Shown here: positions 48,902 to 59,720 of the stretch, piece by piece
Position numbering within the stretch: the stretch's first letter is position 1
How the letters are laid out: each line of letters starts with the position of its first letter
From: Gemmatimonadota bacterium
GTDB lineage: Bacteria > Gemmatimonadota > Gemmatimonadetes > Gemmatimonadales > GWC2-71-9
Assembly (NCBI GenBank): GCA_039588295.1
Contig: JBDHAB010000008.1
Location: forward strand, 1 to 64,000
Direction: 5' to 3'
Length of the DNA stretch: 64,000 nucleotides
Notes under the pieces: model-generated
What the model saw: only the letters and a program-made list of their open reading frames with translations
Databases searched by the model: none
Told to the model about the DNA's origin: nothing
Made by a program: the position numbers and the translations under genes

Positions 48902-48930
48902 TTGCGTGTGGTCGGGCCCGCGTCTACTTT
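48902..48930 (+). promoter_or_regulatory. Putative sigma70 promoter for nrdJ
   Basis: TTGCGT-17 nt-TACTTT. Confidence 0.5.
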
Positions 48931-49048
48931 GCGCCGCCACGCTGCATCGGCAACGGTACGACCCTTCGTTTCGGATTAGCTTTCATAAACCGCTGCACAT
49001 CGACACCTCGAGTCGGGGCAGGCAGGGTCATTGGGGGATGAATCGGAC

Positions 49049-51529
49049 ATGCAAGTGAAGCCACAGCTCAGTGACAACGCCGTAACCGTCCTCGAGCGGC
49101 GCTATCTCGTGAAAGACGAGAACGGGAAGCCGGTTGAGGGATCCGAGGAGCTGTTTGCCCGCGTGGCGCGCACGATTGCCGCCGCCGATGCGCGGTACGG
49201 GGCGAGCCCCGGGGCCGTTGAGGCACTGGCCGATACGTTTTACGAGCTGATGGCCACACGGGTGTGGATGCCGAACAGCCCCACGCTGATGAACGCCGGT
49301 CGCCCGCTGGGCCAACTCTCCGCCTGCTTCGTGCTGCCGGTCGACGACGCGCTCTCTACCGGTGAGAGCGGTATCTACGACACGCTGCGCAACATGGCGC
49401 TCGTGCATCAGTCGGGAGGGGGCACGGGCTTTTCGTTCTCCCAGTTGCGTCCGAAGAACGATGTGGTCCGATCGACCATGGGGGTCGCGTCGGGCCCGGT
49501 GTCGTTCATGTCGCTGTATGATGCCTCGACTGAGGTCGTCAAGCAGGGCGGTACGCGCCGCGGCGCCAACATGGGCATCCTGCGGGTCGATCATCCCGAC
49601 ATTCTGGACTTCATCAGCTGCAAGGACGACATCACCAAGATCACGAACTTCAACATCTCGGTTGCCGTCACCGATGCGTTCATGACCGCGGTGGAGCGGG
49701 GTGAGCCGTACGACCTGATCCACCCGCGCTCCGGCGAGGTGGTGGGCCAGCTCGAAGCGCGAGAGATCTTCGCGAAGGTTGTTCACGGCGCCTGGAAGAC
49801 CGGTGAGCCCGGGGTGTACTTCATCGATCGCGCCAACTACTTCAATCCGGTTCCGCATCTGGGCAGCTACGAGGCAACGAATCCGTGCGGTGAGCAGCCG
49901 TTGCTGCCGTACGACGTCTGCAACCTGGGCTCGATCAACGTCGGGGCGTTCGTGCGAGATGGGTCCGTCGATTGGGAGGGGTTGCGGCGGGCCATCCATT
50001 TGTGCACGCATTTCCTCGACAACGTCATCGACGTCAACAAGTATCCCATTCCCGAGATCGCGGACCTGGCACAGCGCATTCGTCGCATCGGCTTGGGTAT
50101 CATGGGATGGGCGGACTTCCTGATTCGCTTGGGGGTTCCCTACAATTCCGACGAGGCGGTCGACTGGGCGCGTCGGCTCATGCGGTTCGTCGACGAGGAA
50201 GCCAAGGTCGAGAGCGAGCGGCTGGCTCGGGAGCGTGGCGTGTTCCCCGAGTGGGAACGGAGCATCTGGGGTCCGGATGCGACGTGCGCCCGCAACCTCG
50301 AGGGGGCGCGGGTGTGCTCCATGCGTCGCCTGCGGAACTGTAACCTGACGACCGTAGCCCCAACGGGAACGATCTCGATCATCGCGGCCTGCTCGTCGGG
50401 CATTGAGCCCCTCTTCGCCGTCGCGTTCATGCGGAATCAAGCCGGTGTCCTCATGCCCGACGTGAACGAGGATTTCGTTGCCATCGCGAGGCGGGAGGGA
50501 TGGTACAGCGAGGAACTCATCACGCGGATCGCGGAGAGCGGCCACATCGACTTCCCGGAGATCCCGGAGCGGTGGCAGCGGGTCTTCGTCACGGCCCACG
50601 ACGTCACGCCTGAATGGCACATCCGCATGCAAGCGGCGTTTCAGGAGTTCACCGACAGCGCGATCAGCAAGACGTGCAACTTCCCCAGTGATGCGACGGA
50701 AGAGCACGTGTGCGAGATCTACGAATTGGCGTACCGACTCGGCTGCAAGGGGGTCACGGTGTACCGTGATGGCAGTCGAGACATGCAGGTTCTATCCACG
50801 GGCAAAACGGCGAAGCAGGTACAGGCGCAGAGCGAGGCGGACGGAAGTGCCGAGGAACGGCCCGACCGCAAGACCGAGGTTGCGGAATACAAGTCCACGA
50901 TTGCCGAGCTCGAGGCCGAGCTCGCTCGCACGAAGCAGCAGTTGCATGAAGTGGAGTCGGAGAACCTGCAGCGACGGGCGAAGCGTTCGCGTCCCGAGCT
51001 CCTGCGCGGTGCCACCCGCCGTCTCGAGACACCCTTGGGTACGCTGTACGTGACGATCACCGAAGACGATCGTGGGCAGCCGTTCGAGATGTTCATGAGC
51101 CTGGGCAAGGCGGGCGGGGCGCTGATGGCTGATGTCGAGGCCATAGGACGGCTCATCTCGCTCGGCCTGCGATCCGGCATTCCGATCAAGGAGATTCATC
51201 GCCAGCTCCGCATGATCTCGTCGGATCGTGCGGTGGGACTCGGGCCGCACAAAGTGCTGTCCGTTCCCGACGCGGTCGGCATCGCGATCGAACGCTGGAT
51301 GCAAGACAAGCAGGGCGTGCAGCAAGATCTGCTCGAGCAGTCGATGGCGTCGGAGCAGACCTCACCGACGGCCCGGCGGACGACCCCGGGACCAGATGGC
51401 GTGTTGTTCGAGCAGCACCATCTGAACGCGGAGCAGCATGCCGGAGCCTGCCCCGACTGTGGTTCGCAGCTCGAGTTTGCCGAAGGGTGCATGAAGTGCC
51501 ACGTGTGCGGCTTCAGTGAGTGTGGTTGA
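49049..51529 (+). CDS. nrdJ: Class II (adenosylcobalamin-dependent) ribonucleotide reductase
   Basis: PNSPTLMNAG, LSACFV, QGGTRRGANMG, TNPCGEQ, CNLGS, APTGTIS, C-terminal CPDC..CHVC Zn-ribbon; no beta subunit nearby. Confidence 0.95.
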   Translation: MQVKPQLSDNAVTVLERRYLVKDENGKPVEGSEELFARVARTIAAADARYGASPGAVEALADTFYELMATRVWMPNSPTLMNAGRPLGQLSACFVLPVDDALSTGESGIYDTLRNMALVHQSGGGTGFSFSQLRPKNDVVRSTMGVASGPVSFMSLYDASTEVVKQGGTRRGANMGILRVDHPDILDFISCKDDITKITNFNISVAVTDAFMTAVERGEPYDLIHPRSGEVVGQLEAREIFAKVVHGAWKTGEPGVYFIDRANYFNPVPHLGSYEATNPCGEQPLLPYDVCNLGSINVGAFVRDGSVDWEGLRRAIHLCTHFLDNVIDVNKYPIPEIADLAQRIRRIGLGIMGWADFLIRLGVPYNSDEAVDWARRLMRFVDEEAKVESERLARERGVFPEWERSIWGPDATCARNLEGARVCSMRRLRNCNLTTVAPTGTISIIAACSSGIEPLFAVAFMRNQAGVLMPDVNEDFVAIARREGWYSEELITRIAESGHIDFPEIPERWQRVFVTAHDVTPEWHIRMQAAFQEFTDSAISKTCNFPSDATEEHVCEIYELAYRLGCKGVTVYRDGSRDMQVLSTGKTAKQVQAQSEADGSAEERPDRKTEVAEYKSTIAELEAELARTKQQLHEVESENLQRRAKRSRPELLRGATRRLETPLGTLYVTITEDDRGQPFEMFMSLGKAGGALMADVEAIGRLISLGLRSGIPIKEIHRQLRMISSDRAVGLGPHKVLSVPDAVGIAIERWMQDKQGVQQDLLEQSMASEQTSPTARRTTPGPDGVLFEQHHLNAEQHAGACPDCGSQLEFAEGCMKCHVCGFSECG

Positions 51530-51668
51530 GGTCCGACGACGATCGTACGGGAGGGGCCACCGCAGCTGTACCGAAGGGCACGCGTCAACGCGTGCCCTTC
51601 GTGCCTCAGTGGCCATTTCGGAACGTGCCGGGGTATGGCATATATTGGCTGGTGGAGGCGAGACGGTA

Positions 51669-51851
51669 ATGACCCGATTCCTGGCGTACGTTGGGGAGCT
51701 TCGCGGCGAGCGACGCACGTTGGGTTGGCGCAGCTTTCTTCGCAAACGGGGCTGGCGGCTCGTGGTCGTGGTCGTCGCAGTCTATCTCGTCCGCGATCTG
51801 GTGCTCTTTCTCGTCCTCCCCCTCGCGATCGCATCCGGCCTCACTCGCTGA
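51669..51851 (+). CDS. Small membrane protein (60 aa)
   Basis: GGAGG SD; basic N-terminus then hydrophobic GWRLVVVVVAVYLVRDLVLFLVLP. Confidence 0.65.
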   Translation: MTRFLAYVGELRGERRTLGWRSFLRKRGWRLVVVVVAVYLVRDLVLFLVLPLAIASGLTR

Positions 51852-51864
51852 TGGAGGGGTGCCC

Positions 51865-52233
51865 ATGATGGCCCCGAAGGAATGGGCCCGCGTGAACCGC
51901 AGTGGCGCACACGGACTGCGACGCGGCGCCTGGTATCCGGTGGTGAGCAACCCCAAAACGGGCATGCTGATCGTCAACGTCAGCAGACACAACATCCCGG
52001 TAGCTCGGAACCTCGTCGAGCTCAGATCCCAGAGGCCCAAGCAGTGGAGTGTGGTGCAGTTCGATGCGACCGACCCCGGCGCCGAGCGCGCGAACCAGGC
52101 CAATATTGGGCTCACGTACCTCGTCTGTCCTGCCTGCCGAGGCCGCGCACCGCTCGACGCCGAGAAGCCTCAGGAGGCGACGTGCTCCCAGTGCGGCGGT
52201 GAGTTTCGGATCGACTGGGCGCAGACCTCCTGA
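51865..52233 (+). CDS. Hypothetical protein with C-terminal Zn-ribbon
   Basis: GGAGG SD; LRRGAWY, CPAC...CSQC. Confidence 0.7.
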   Translation: MMAPKEWARVNRSGAHGLRRGAWYPVVSNPKTGMLIVNVSRHNIPVARNLVELRSQRPKQWSVVQFDATDPGAERANQANIGLTYLVCPACRGRAPLDAEKPQEATCSQCGGEFRIDWAQTS

Positions 52234-52366
52234 CACGCTGACCCCCCGCGGCGCCCTCGGTGCCGGCCCCACGTGCGTCTCATCCAAACGATCCTGCGTA
52301 CGGCACCCGATTCGGCGTCTTGCGCGTTCTGCCGTCGGGACCGCGAGGGGTCTATATTTCGAGCCC

Positions 52367-53596
52367 ATGTCGATCCCACCGCGAAGGCGGGCTGTTTCCG
52401 TCACAGTCGGCGACGTCGTGATCGGTTCATCCCATCCGGTCGTCGTCCAGTCGATGACGAATACCGACACCGCTGACGTTGCTGCGACAGTCGACCAGGC
52501 AGCTGCGCTCGCGGCGGCGGGGAGTGAGCTGGTGCGGGTCACCGTCAACAACGAGGCAGCCGCACGGGCCGTGCCGGAAATCGTGGCGCGGCTCACCGAT
52601 CGCGGCACTCGCGTCCCGATCATCGGCGACTTCCACTACAACGGTCACATCCTGCTGACAAAGTTCCCGGCGTTGGCAGCGGCCCTGGCCAAGTATCGGA
52701 TCAATCCGGGCAACGTGGGCGCGCGACGAGGCGACGAGAACTTCCGCACGATCGTCGAGGTGGCGGTGGCGAACGAGCGCCCCATCCGAATCGGGGTGAA
52801 CTGGGGCTCGCTCGATCGCAACCTGCTCACCCAGCTCATGGACGAGAATGCGCGGCGTGCCCAGCCGCTGTCGGCCGAGGATGTGACGCTGAACGCGATG
52901 GTGGAGAGCGCGATGCGTTCCGCGCAACTTGCGGAGGAGGTGGGACTTCCTCACGACCGGATTGTCCTGTCGGTCAAGATGTCCCAGGTCCAGGACCTCG
53001 TCAGCGTGTATCGCCGGCTGGCACCGCTGTCAGACTACCCGCTCCACCTCGGCCTCACCGAGGCGGGCATGGGGACCAAAGGAGTCGTGGCGAGCGCCGG
53101 AGGAATCGCCATCCTGCTTCAGCAGGGTATTGGCGACACGATTCGCGTCTCACTCACGCCGGCGCCGGGCGGGGATCGGACGGAAGAGGTCCGGGTGGCG
53201 CAGGAGATCCTGCAGAGCCTGGGGCTCCGCAGTTTCGTGCCGCAGGTGACTGCGTGTCCAGGATGTGGGCGCACGACCAGCACCTTCTTCCAGGAGATGG
53301 CCGACCAGATTCAGAGCTACCTTCGTGAACAGATGCCACGGTGGAAGCAGCGACACCCGGGGGTGGAGGCGATGCGGGTCGCCGTGATGGGCTGTGTGGT
53401 GAACGGCCCTGGGGAGTCGAGGCACGCGAACATCGGCATCTCGCTCCCGGGGACCTTCGAGGAGCCCAAGGCACCGGTGTATGTGGACGGCGCGCTCGCG
53501 CTGACCCTAAGGGGCGATCGGATCGTCGAGGAGTTCATCGCACTCCTCGACGACTACGTGGCAAAGTCGTACCCGAGCGCCGGTGCCGGGCACTGA
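52367..53596 (+). CDS. ispG: (E)-4-hydroxy-3-methylbut-2-enyl diphosphate synthase
   Basis: [45 protein letters not shown]. Confidence 0.98.
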   Translation: MSIPPRRRAVSVTVGDVVIGSSHPVVVQSMTNTDTADVAATVDQAAALAAAGSELVRVTVNNEAAARAVPEIVARLTDRGTRVPIIGDFHYNGHILLTKFPALAAALAKYRINPGNVGARRGDENFRTIVEVAVANERPIRIGVNWGSLDRNLLTQLMDENARRAQPLSAEDVTLNAMVESAMRSAQLAEEVGLPHDRIVLSVKMSQVQDLVSVYRRLAPLSDYPLHLGLTEAGMGTKGVVASAGGIAILLQQGIGDTIRVSLTPAPGGDRTEEVRVAQEILQSLGLRSFVPQVTACPGCGRTTSTFFQEMADQIQSYLREQMPRWKQRHPGVEAMRVAVMGCVVNGPGESRHANIGISLPGTFEEPKAPVYVDGALALTLRGDRIVEEFIALLDDYVAKSYPSAGAGH

Positions 53597-53666
53597 GTCG
53601 AGCTGTCGAACGAGCGCCGGCGGGCCGGGTTGCGTCACGCCCACGTCCGCACTCCTGTGCTCGAAG

Positions 53667-54677
53667 TTGGCGCAGTGGAGTCTGCGCGCGCTCGTCATCC
53701 TTCTCGTAGCGTCTGTGGTGCAATCCTGTGATCACTCGGCGCCACTCGACGTAGCAGAACAACTTCCGCTGGATCCGCGGGGCGCCACACTCCCCATCCG
53801 CCTCACCTACAATCCGAGCGACGATATCGACCCGGCAGTGGGCGGGGACATGATCGTGTACAGTCTGCTCGAGCCTGGGCGGGAGGATCGCGACCGCTGC
53901 TTGGGGTACCTTCCGACGGCCGGTGGTACCCGCCTTGCCCTGCGGTGTCCGGGGGGCGCAGTGGCGGACAGCACGCTCGATGCGTGGCTACAGCCCGCGG
54001 TCTCGGACGACGGACGCATCGCCTATGTGCTGCAGCGGTCGAGTGTCCTTGCCGAAACGCCGTCGCTACGTCGCATCGTGGTGGCTCCGCTCGAGGCTCC
54101 TGATAGCGCGCTCTTCGAGGCAAGCGCCTTCTTCGATCTCGCGGACGGCCGGCGAGCGTTCGACCTCCGAGCACTTGCGTGGACGGAGAGCGGTGCACTC
54201 CGTTTCGTGGCGGGGAAGGACTCCTTCCCGAAACCCGATGGTGTTCGGGACACCCTGTTCCAACCGCTGCGTCTCGTCGAGTTGGACCTGACCACTGGCT
54301 CCATTACCGAGATTGCCGGCACCGATGGCGTGATCGCGCACGCCCCGGCACCGGATGGCGGAATCTGGTTCGTGATGGAATCGACTCCTCGGGTGCTCTG
54401 GCATCGCCCGCCCGGGGGCTCCAGTCCAGATTCGATCGGCGCGTTTTCCGGTGCGGTCTCCCACGTGGCGAACATCGACGGGCTCCCAGTCGGCGTGCAG
54501 CCCGGACCGGATACGTCGCTGGTCGAGATCCTCGACTTGGGAACGGGAATGTCGGCCGCAACCATCGTGGTGATCGGACGTGCCAGTCAGATTGCGCCGA
54601 TCCCCGGGTCGCGAAGCTTCGTGCTCCAGCTGATCACCAACATGCATCCGGATCTGTGGCTCTTGGCACTGCCATGA
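53667..54677 (+). CDS. Putative lipoprotein, TolB-like beta-propeller
   Basis: Hydrophobic signal ending VVQSC; RLTYNP..DIDPA and QPAVSDDGRIAY repeats; start uncertain (53583-53667). Confidence 0.55.
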   Translation: MAQWSLRALVILLVASVVQSCDHSAPLDVAEQLPLDPRGATLPIRLTYNPSDDIDPAVGGDMIVYSLLEPGREDRDRCLGYLPTAGGTRLALRCPGGAVADSTLDAWLQPAVSDDGRIAYVLQRSSVLAETPSLRRIVVAPLEAPDSALFEASAFFDLADGRRAFDLRALAWTESGALRFVAGKDSFPKPDGVRDTLFQPLRLVELDLTTGSITEIAGTDGVIAHAPAPDGGIWFVMESTPRVLWHRPPGGSSPDSIGAFSGAVSHVANIDGLPVGVQPGPDTSLVEILDLGTGMSAATIVVIGRASQIAPIPGSRSFVLQLITNMHPDLWLLALP

Positions 54678-57430
54678 ACGGGCTTCGAGCGTTCTTCGCG
54701 TTGCTCGTGATCGCGGCGCCCGCCACGCTGGAATCACAGGCCGGGGGCATGATCACCGGCCGCGTGACCGATCGGCTGAATGAGACGCCGATCGGCGGCG
54801 CCGTCGTGTGGGTGGGTGGTGGTCAACAGGGTGGGAGGACCGATGCGAACGGCCGGTATGCGATTCGGGACGTCCTTCCCGGTGTGTACCGTGTGACGGT
54901 TCGCGCCGTCGGGTTCCGAGCGATCACACGCGATAGCGTGTTCGTCAGCAGCGGGCGCACTGCGGTGCTGGACTTCGTGCTCACCTCCGAGGCCGTGGCG
55001 CTCCCCGGGGTGGCCGTGGTGGGGACCCCCGACCGGCTGCTCGACCCGCGGGAACCGCAGACGATCCAGCAGATCGGCGGTGAGGAGCTGCGCCAGCTCC
55101 CCGTGACGTCGCTGGAGGAGGCCATCGAGTTGCAGGCCGGTGTCGTCCAGGGGTCGTTTCGGGGAGGCCGGGTGGGGGAGGAGGCGTGGGTCATCGACGG
55201 CCTCGGCGTCAAGAACCAACTGGATGCCTCGTCGGGACAGCTGGGGTTGCGGATCCCCACGGTGGCGCTCGAAGAAGCCACGCTGGTGACGAACGCGTTC
55301 TCGGCCCGGTACGGTCAAGCGCTTTCCGGTCTCGTGACGGCAGCAACAAGAGACGGCGGTGAGCGCTGGGAAGGGCGGATCGCGTACGAGACCGATCGGC
55401 CGCTCCCTGACGGGTGGGACGTCGGCCTGGATCGTCTCACCGTCTCGGTGGGCGGTCCCGTGCTTGGCTCCGTGCGGTTGTTCGCCGCGTTGGATGCCCA
55501 GGGGCGAATCGATGATGATCCGGTCCATGCGCCGCCACCGGAGGACACGCTCGATCCTCGCACGGAGCGGCCTTGGCTCCTGCCGCACAACTCCGGGGAA
55601 CAGTACGACCTGTTCGGAAAGCTGACGATCCCGCTTGGCCGGCAGCAAACCCTGCGACTGTCGGGTGCCAGCTCGGAGTCGCGACGCCTGTTATACGATC
55701 CGGCGCTCAAGTATGTGCCCGACGCCGGACCGGCCCAACGGGTGAGCGGTCGGCTGGGCCTGCTCCACTTCCGCCGGACCTCTTCGCCGAGCGCGGCGAC
55801 GAGTTTCATCGTGGATCTGCGCCTCGGCTACTTCAGCAAAGAGGCAATCCGTGCGCCGCTCACCGAGCCAACCACGGCGGAGTTCGGCGCGTTCACCTTT
55901 GCGGGCCTGGAGTTCGCGGGTGAGGCACTCGCCAAGGCTGGCGATACGCTTGGCGCGCTGGACCCGATTCCGGGCGTCACCGTTCCGCAGTTCGTGGAGA
56001 CGACCCCCTGGGGCGTCCCCGGATTCTTCACGACCGCGTCTCCTCGCGGGGAGCTGACGTGGAACCGGTTTCGCGAGGGCCGCGCCCGACTCGACTTCCT
56101 GGTCGGTCGCGGGGCCGATACCGACCTTCGCTTGGGTGGGGAGTACGTTCGCCAGCAGGTCACGACCTTCACCCGGCTGGAAGGGTACCGTGCGGTGGTT
56201 GACGGTGCACCGCCGCCTACGACTGCCGCATTCTTCCCGTTTCAGGCGGCGGGGTACGTGGAGCTGCAGCAGCGCGCGGGTGAACTCACGTTCACCGGTG
56301 GATTGCGGGCGGACGCGTTCAACGGGCGCGCCGCAACAGAGGGCGGGCAGTCGAAGACCCAGTTCACCTTGGGTCCTCGCCTTGCACTTTCCACCGCACT
56401 CGGTCCGGCAACGATCGTGGCGAGTTGGGGCCGGTTTGCTCAGCCGCCCGATTTCCAGTACCTGGTCGACGCCGCCTTCGACGATACGCTGCGCACGGGT
56501 CGCTTTCGTCGCGGCAATCCCTCACTCGGGTTCGAGACGAGTACGCAGTACGAGTTCCAAGTTCGCGCACGACCGGTGCCGTTCTTCGCAGTCCGTGTCG
56601 GAGCCTTCGTCAAACGCCTCGACGGCCTCGTCGCCTCCATTCCGCTCGGCTTTGACCCGGACAGCTCCATCTACGGGAACGGCGACTTCGGCAACGTGAA
56701 GGGCTTAGAGGTCACCCTGGAGCGGGAATACCGCGACGCATTCGGCCTTCGGGCCACCTACGTGCTCCAGCAAGCCGAGGCGACCGCAACCGATGCTCGC
56801 GATCTCTTTCGCCGTCTCCAAATCACCCCCGTCGGTGATACGGTCGTGCCGGCGACGGCGGAGTTCCCGCTCAATTTCGATCGCCGACACGCGGTCATCG
56901 TGGTGGCCAGGGCGAGCGTGCCCGTGGAGCTCGGCTCGGTCGTCGGAGGTACGGAGGCGGCGCTGGTCGCGCGTTGGAGTTCCGGGCTTCCGTTCAGTCG
57001 CTCCAACGCGACGGGGGATTCGCTGATAGGCCTGCCCAACGCGCAGCGGTTGCCGGCGCAGGTCACGATCGACTTGTTCCTGAGGCGAACCGTGCGCATT
57101 GGTGGGATGCGGCTTGGGGGGTTCGTGGACGTCAGGAACCTCACGAACCGGCGCAACGTCGTTGCGGTTCGCCGCGACAACGGGCAGCCGGTGGCCGATG
57201 ATCTCGTGATCAGCACAGCAGCGGAGGCGGCGTTTCAGGCAAACCCCGATCCAATTCCGTACGAATCCCGGCGATACCGACCGTGGGCGGATCTGGACGC
57301 GAACGGGCTGGTCGAAGGGCGTGATGAGCTGCTGCCGTTATACTTGCGAGCCGCCACCGACTTCACCCAGCCACTGTTCTTCTTCGGGTCGCCGCGCCTG
57401 GTGCGGCTCGGTGTGGAGCTACGCTTCTAG
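54674..57430 (+). CDS. TonB-dependent receptor with N-terminal carboxypeptidase-regulatory-like domain
   Basis: Signal peptide, ITGRVTD...TDANGRY, plug (FRGGR..E, FSARYGQALSG), beta-barrel ending VELRF. Confidence 0.9.
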   Translation: MNGLRAFFALLVIAAPATLESQAGGMITGRVTDRLNETPIGGAVVWVGGGQQGGRTDANGRYAIRDVLPGVYRVTVRAVGFRAITRDSVFVSSGRTAVLDFVLTSEAVALPGVAVVGTPDRLLDPREPQTIQQIGGEELRQLPVTSLEEAIELQAGVVQGSFRGGRVGEEAWVIDGLGVKNQLDASSGQLGLRIPTVALEEATLVTNAFSARYGQALSGLVTAATRDGGERWEGRIAYETDRPLPDGWDVGLDRLTVSVGGPVLGSVRLFAALDAQGRIDDDPVHAPPPEDTLDPRTERPWLLPHNSGEQYDLFGKLTIPLGRQQTLRLSGASSESRRLLYDPALKYVPDAGPAQRVSGRLGLLHFRRTSSPSAATSFIVDLRLGYFSKEAIRAPLTEPTTAEFGAFTFAGLEFAGEALAKAGDTLGALDPIPGVTVPQFVETTPWGVPGFFTTASPRGELTWNRFREGRARLDFLVGRGADTDLRLGGEYVRQQVTTFTRLEGYRAVVDGAPPPTTAAFFPFQAAGYVELQQRAGELTFTGGLRADAFNGRAATEGGQSKTQFTLGPRLALSTALGPATIVASWGRFAQPPDFQYLVDAAFDDTLRTGRFRRGNPSLGFETSTQYEFQVRARPVPFFAVRVGAFVKRLDGLVASIPLGFDPDSSIYGNGDFGNVKGLEVTLEREYRDAFGLRATYVLQQAEATATDARDLFRRLQITPVGDTVVPATAEFPLNFDRRHAVIVVARASVPVELGSVVGGTEAALVARWSSGLPFSRSNATGDSLIGLPNAQRLPAQVTIDLFLRRTVRIGGMRLGGFVDVRNLTNRRNVVAVRRDNGQPVADDLVISTAAEAAFQANPDPIPYESRRYRPWADLDANGLVEGRDELLPLYLRAATDFTQPLFFFGSPRLVRLGVELRF

Positions 57431-57498
57431 CCGAGCTGCCGGTTTTTCGACATGTACATTGACAACCCGTGTGGACAACGCGTGGAAAGGTGGATTGG

Positions 57499-58293
57499 TT
57501 GTTGACAGACACGGACGGGATTGCCCAGGTCGATCGTGCGGCCGAGCTGCTGGCCGGGGCGGGTGCGGTGGTGGCGCTGACCGGGGCCGGGATGTCGCAC
57601 GAGTCGGGGGTTCCGACTTTTCGCGACGCGCAAACGGGCCTGTGGGCGCGCTACGATCCCACCGAGCTGGCCACCGAGGACGCATTCCGTCGGAACCCGG
57701 CGCTAGTGTTCGGGTGGTATCTCATGCGTCTGAGGCTCGTTCGCGCGGCTTCGCCTCACGCGGGACACCACGCGTTGGTGTCAATGGAGGAGTGGTGCAA
57801 GCGGTTCGCGGTCGTGACGCAGAATGTGGACGGTCTCCATCGACGCGCCGGAAGCCGTGACGTTGTCGAGTTGCATGGCTCGTTGGAGTCCTTTCGGTGC
57901 TTCGACCGCGGCCACCCCTTCGACACCACGCGACTCGAGGGGGTCGAGGCGCCTGCGACAGGTGCGGTGGACCCTCCAGCGTGCGAGGAGTGCGGAAGCC
58001 CAATCAGACCGGGCGTGGTGTGGTTTGGCGAGACGCTGCCACCGGGCGCGTTGGAGCGTGCGTGGGAGCTCGTCGAGCGGTGCGATGCCCTTCTCGTCAT
58101 CGGCACATCGTCGGTGGTGTATCCTGCCGCTGCGTTGCCCGAACTCGCTGCGCGGCGAGGAGCCATGGTGATCGAGATCAATCCACAGCAAACCCCTCTT
58201 ACGCCGCGAGCAGATCTTTGGTGGCCTCAATCGGCGCGGTCGGCGCTCCCGGCGTTGATGGGTCGTCTCACGTCTTCGGATCCGACCCCGTGA
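57499..58293 (+). CDS. cobB: NAD-dependent protein deacylase (sirtuin, class III)
   Basis: TGAGMS.ESGVPTFR, WYLMR (YxxR), TQNVDGLH, HG, RPGVVWFGE, GTS. Confidence 0.93.
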   Translation: MLTDTDGIAQVDRAAELLAGAGAVVALTGAGMSHESGVPTFRDAQTGLWARYDPTELATEDAFRRNPALVFGWYLMRLRLVRAASPHAGHHALVSMEEWCKRFAVVTQNVDGLHRRAGSRDVVELHGSLESFRCFDRGHPFDTTRLEGVEAPATGAVDPPACEECGSPIRPGVVWFGETLPPGALERAWELVERCDALLVIGTSSVVYPAAALPELAARRGAMVIEINPQQTPLTPRADLWWPQSARSALPALMGRLTSSDPTP

Positions 58294-59720
58294 GTGACAG
58301 ACCGCGGTTCCGCCGCACGAAGATCGTTGCGACTCTGGGGCCCGCCTCGGCCGGAGACCTGATTCTCGGCGAGTTGATCGAGGCCGGTGTCGATGTGGTG
58401 CGGATCAACAGTTCGCATGGTGACCCAGCGGAGTGGTCGCGCTGGATCGGACGTGCGCGCGAAGTGGCCGATGGGCTCGGGCGACATGTTGGTGTGCTCG
58501 TCGATCTCCAGGGGCCACGGATTCGGGTGGGTGCGCTCGCTGAGCCGATGCAGCTGACCGAGGGTGCCGCGGTCTGGTTCGCACCGGAGGCATCGGCAGA
58601 GCCCGGCGACATTCCCACCACGTATGACCGCCTTGCAGACGACGTCTCCCCTGGCAGCCCAATCCTCCTGGACGACGGTCTCCTCGCGGTCGAGGTCACC
58701 ACGGTTCTCGGTGGACGCGTTGGCGGGGCGGTGCGCCGTGGCGGCCTCTTGAAGAGCCACAAGGGTATGAACCTTCCCGGCACCACCGTGAGTGCGCCCA
58801 CGCTCACGGAGAGCGACCGTGGACACCTCGCGCTCGCGGTCGATCGCGGGGCCGATTTCATTGGTGTTTCATTTGTGCGACGCGCCGAGGATGTCGACTC
58901 GGTGCGCCGCCGCGTTCCCCCGGACGTGCGGCTCGTCGCGAAGATCGAGAAGGCGGCGGCGATCGATGACCTATCGCGCATTCTCGATGTCTCCGACGGG
59001 CTCATGGTCGCTCGCGGCGATCTCGGAGTGGAACTCCCGTTCGAGGAAGTCCCGTTGACGCAGAAACGACTCATCGCACGTTCGAATCGGCGCGCCCGTC
59101 CAGTCATTACGGCGACGCAGATGCTCGAGTCTATGGTGCGGCAGTCGCGGCCCACCCGTGCGGAGGCATCGGATGTCGCGAACGCGATCCTCGACGGCAC
59201 GGATGCGGTGATGCTTTCTGCCGAGACGGCGATCGGCAGGCATCCCGTCGACGCGGTACGAGCGATGGTGCGCATCATCGTCGAGGTGGAGCGGTCGGTG
59301 CTTTCGGAGTCCGGGAACCGCCGCGCGCGCCCCGAGGTCGGGATCCGCACGAGACCCCACACAATCGATGATGCCATTGCGTACGCGACGACCGTCGCGG
59401 CCGAGATGCTCGACGTTCCGATCATCGCCTGTTTCACCAAGAGCGGATTCACTGCCAGAAAGATCGCTGCGCACCGACCGGGCACGCCGATCGTGGCCCT
59501 CTCTACTGAACCCACCACCTGTCGTTGGCTCTCGCTCGTGTGGGGAGTGGTTCCGATCCTGATCCAGGACGCGCCAACCTATGAGGTCATGCTTGGCAAG
59601 GCGCGCGACCTGCTGTTGGAGCGGGAGATTGTCGCGCGAGGAGATCGCATCGCAGTGACGGCTGGGGTGCCGTTTCACGTGCCGGGGACGACGAACCTTC
59701 TCAAGGTCGAGACAGTGTGA
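58290..59720 (+). CDS. pyk: Pyruvate kinase
   Basis: RRTKIVATLGP, DLQGPRIR, AKIE, MVARGDLG, TQMLESM, DAVMLSAET. Confidence 0.98.
   Translation: MSDRPRFRRTKIVATLGPASAGDLILGELIEAGVDVVRINSSHGDPAEWSRWIGRAREVADGLGRHVGVLVDLQGPRIRVGALAEPMQLTEGAAVWFAPEASAEPGDIPTTYDRLADDVSPGSPILLDDGLLAVEVTTVLGGRVGGAVRRGGLLKSHKGMNLPGTTVSAPTLTESDRGHLALAVDRGADFIGVSFVRRAEDVDSVRRRVPPDVRLVAKIEKAAAIDDLSRILDVSDGLMVARGDLGVELPFEEVPLTQKRLIARSNRRARPVITATQMLESMVRQSRPTRAEASDVANAILDGTDAVMLSAETAIGRHPVDAVRAMVRIIVEVERSVLSESGNRRARPEVGIRTRPHTIDDAIAYATTVAAEMLDVPIIACFTKSGFTARKIAAHRPGTPIVALSTEPTTCRWLSLVWGVVPILIQDAPTYEVMLGKARDLLLEREIVARGDRIAVTAGVPFHVPGTTNLLKVETV

Noticed and set aside
48931..49048. Possible cobalamin riboswitch before nrdJ, or an intein within it
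   Set aside because: No B12-box consensus is visible; RNR motifs are contiguous with no intein-sized insertion
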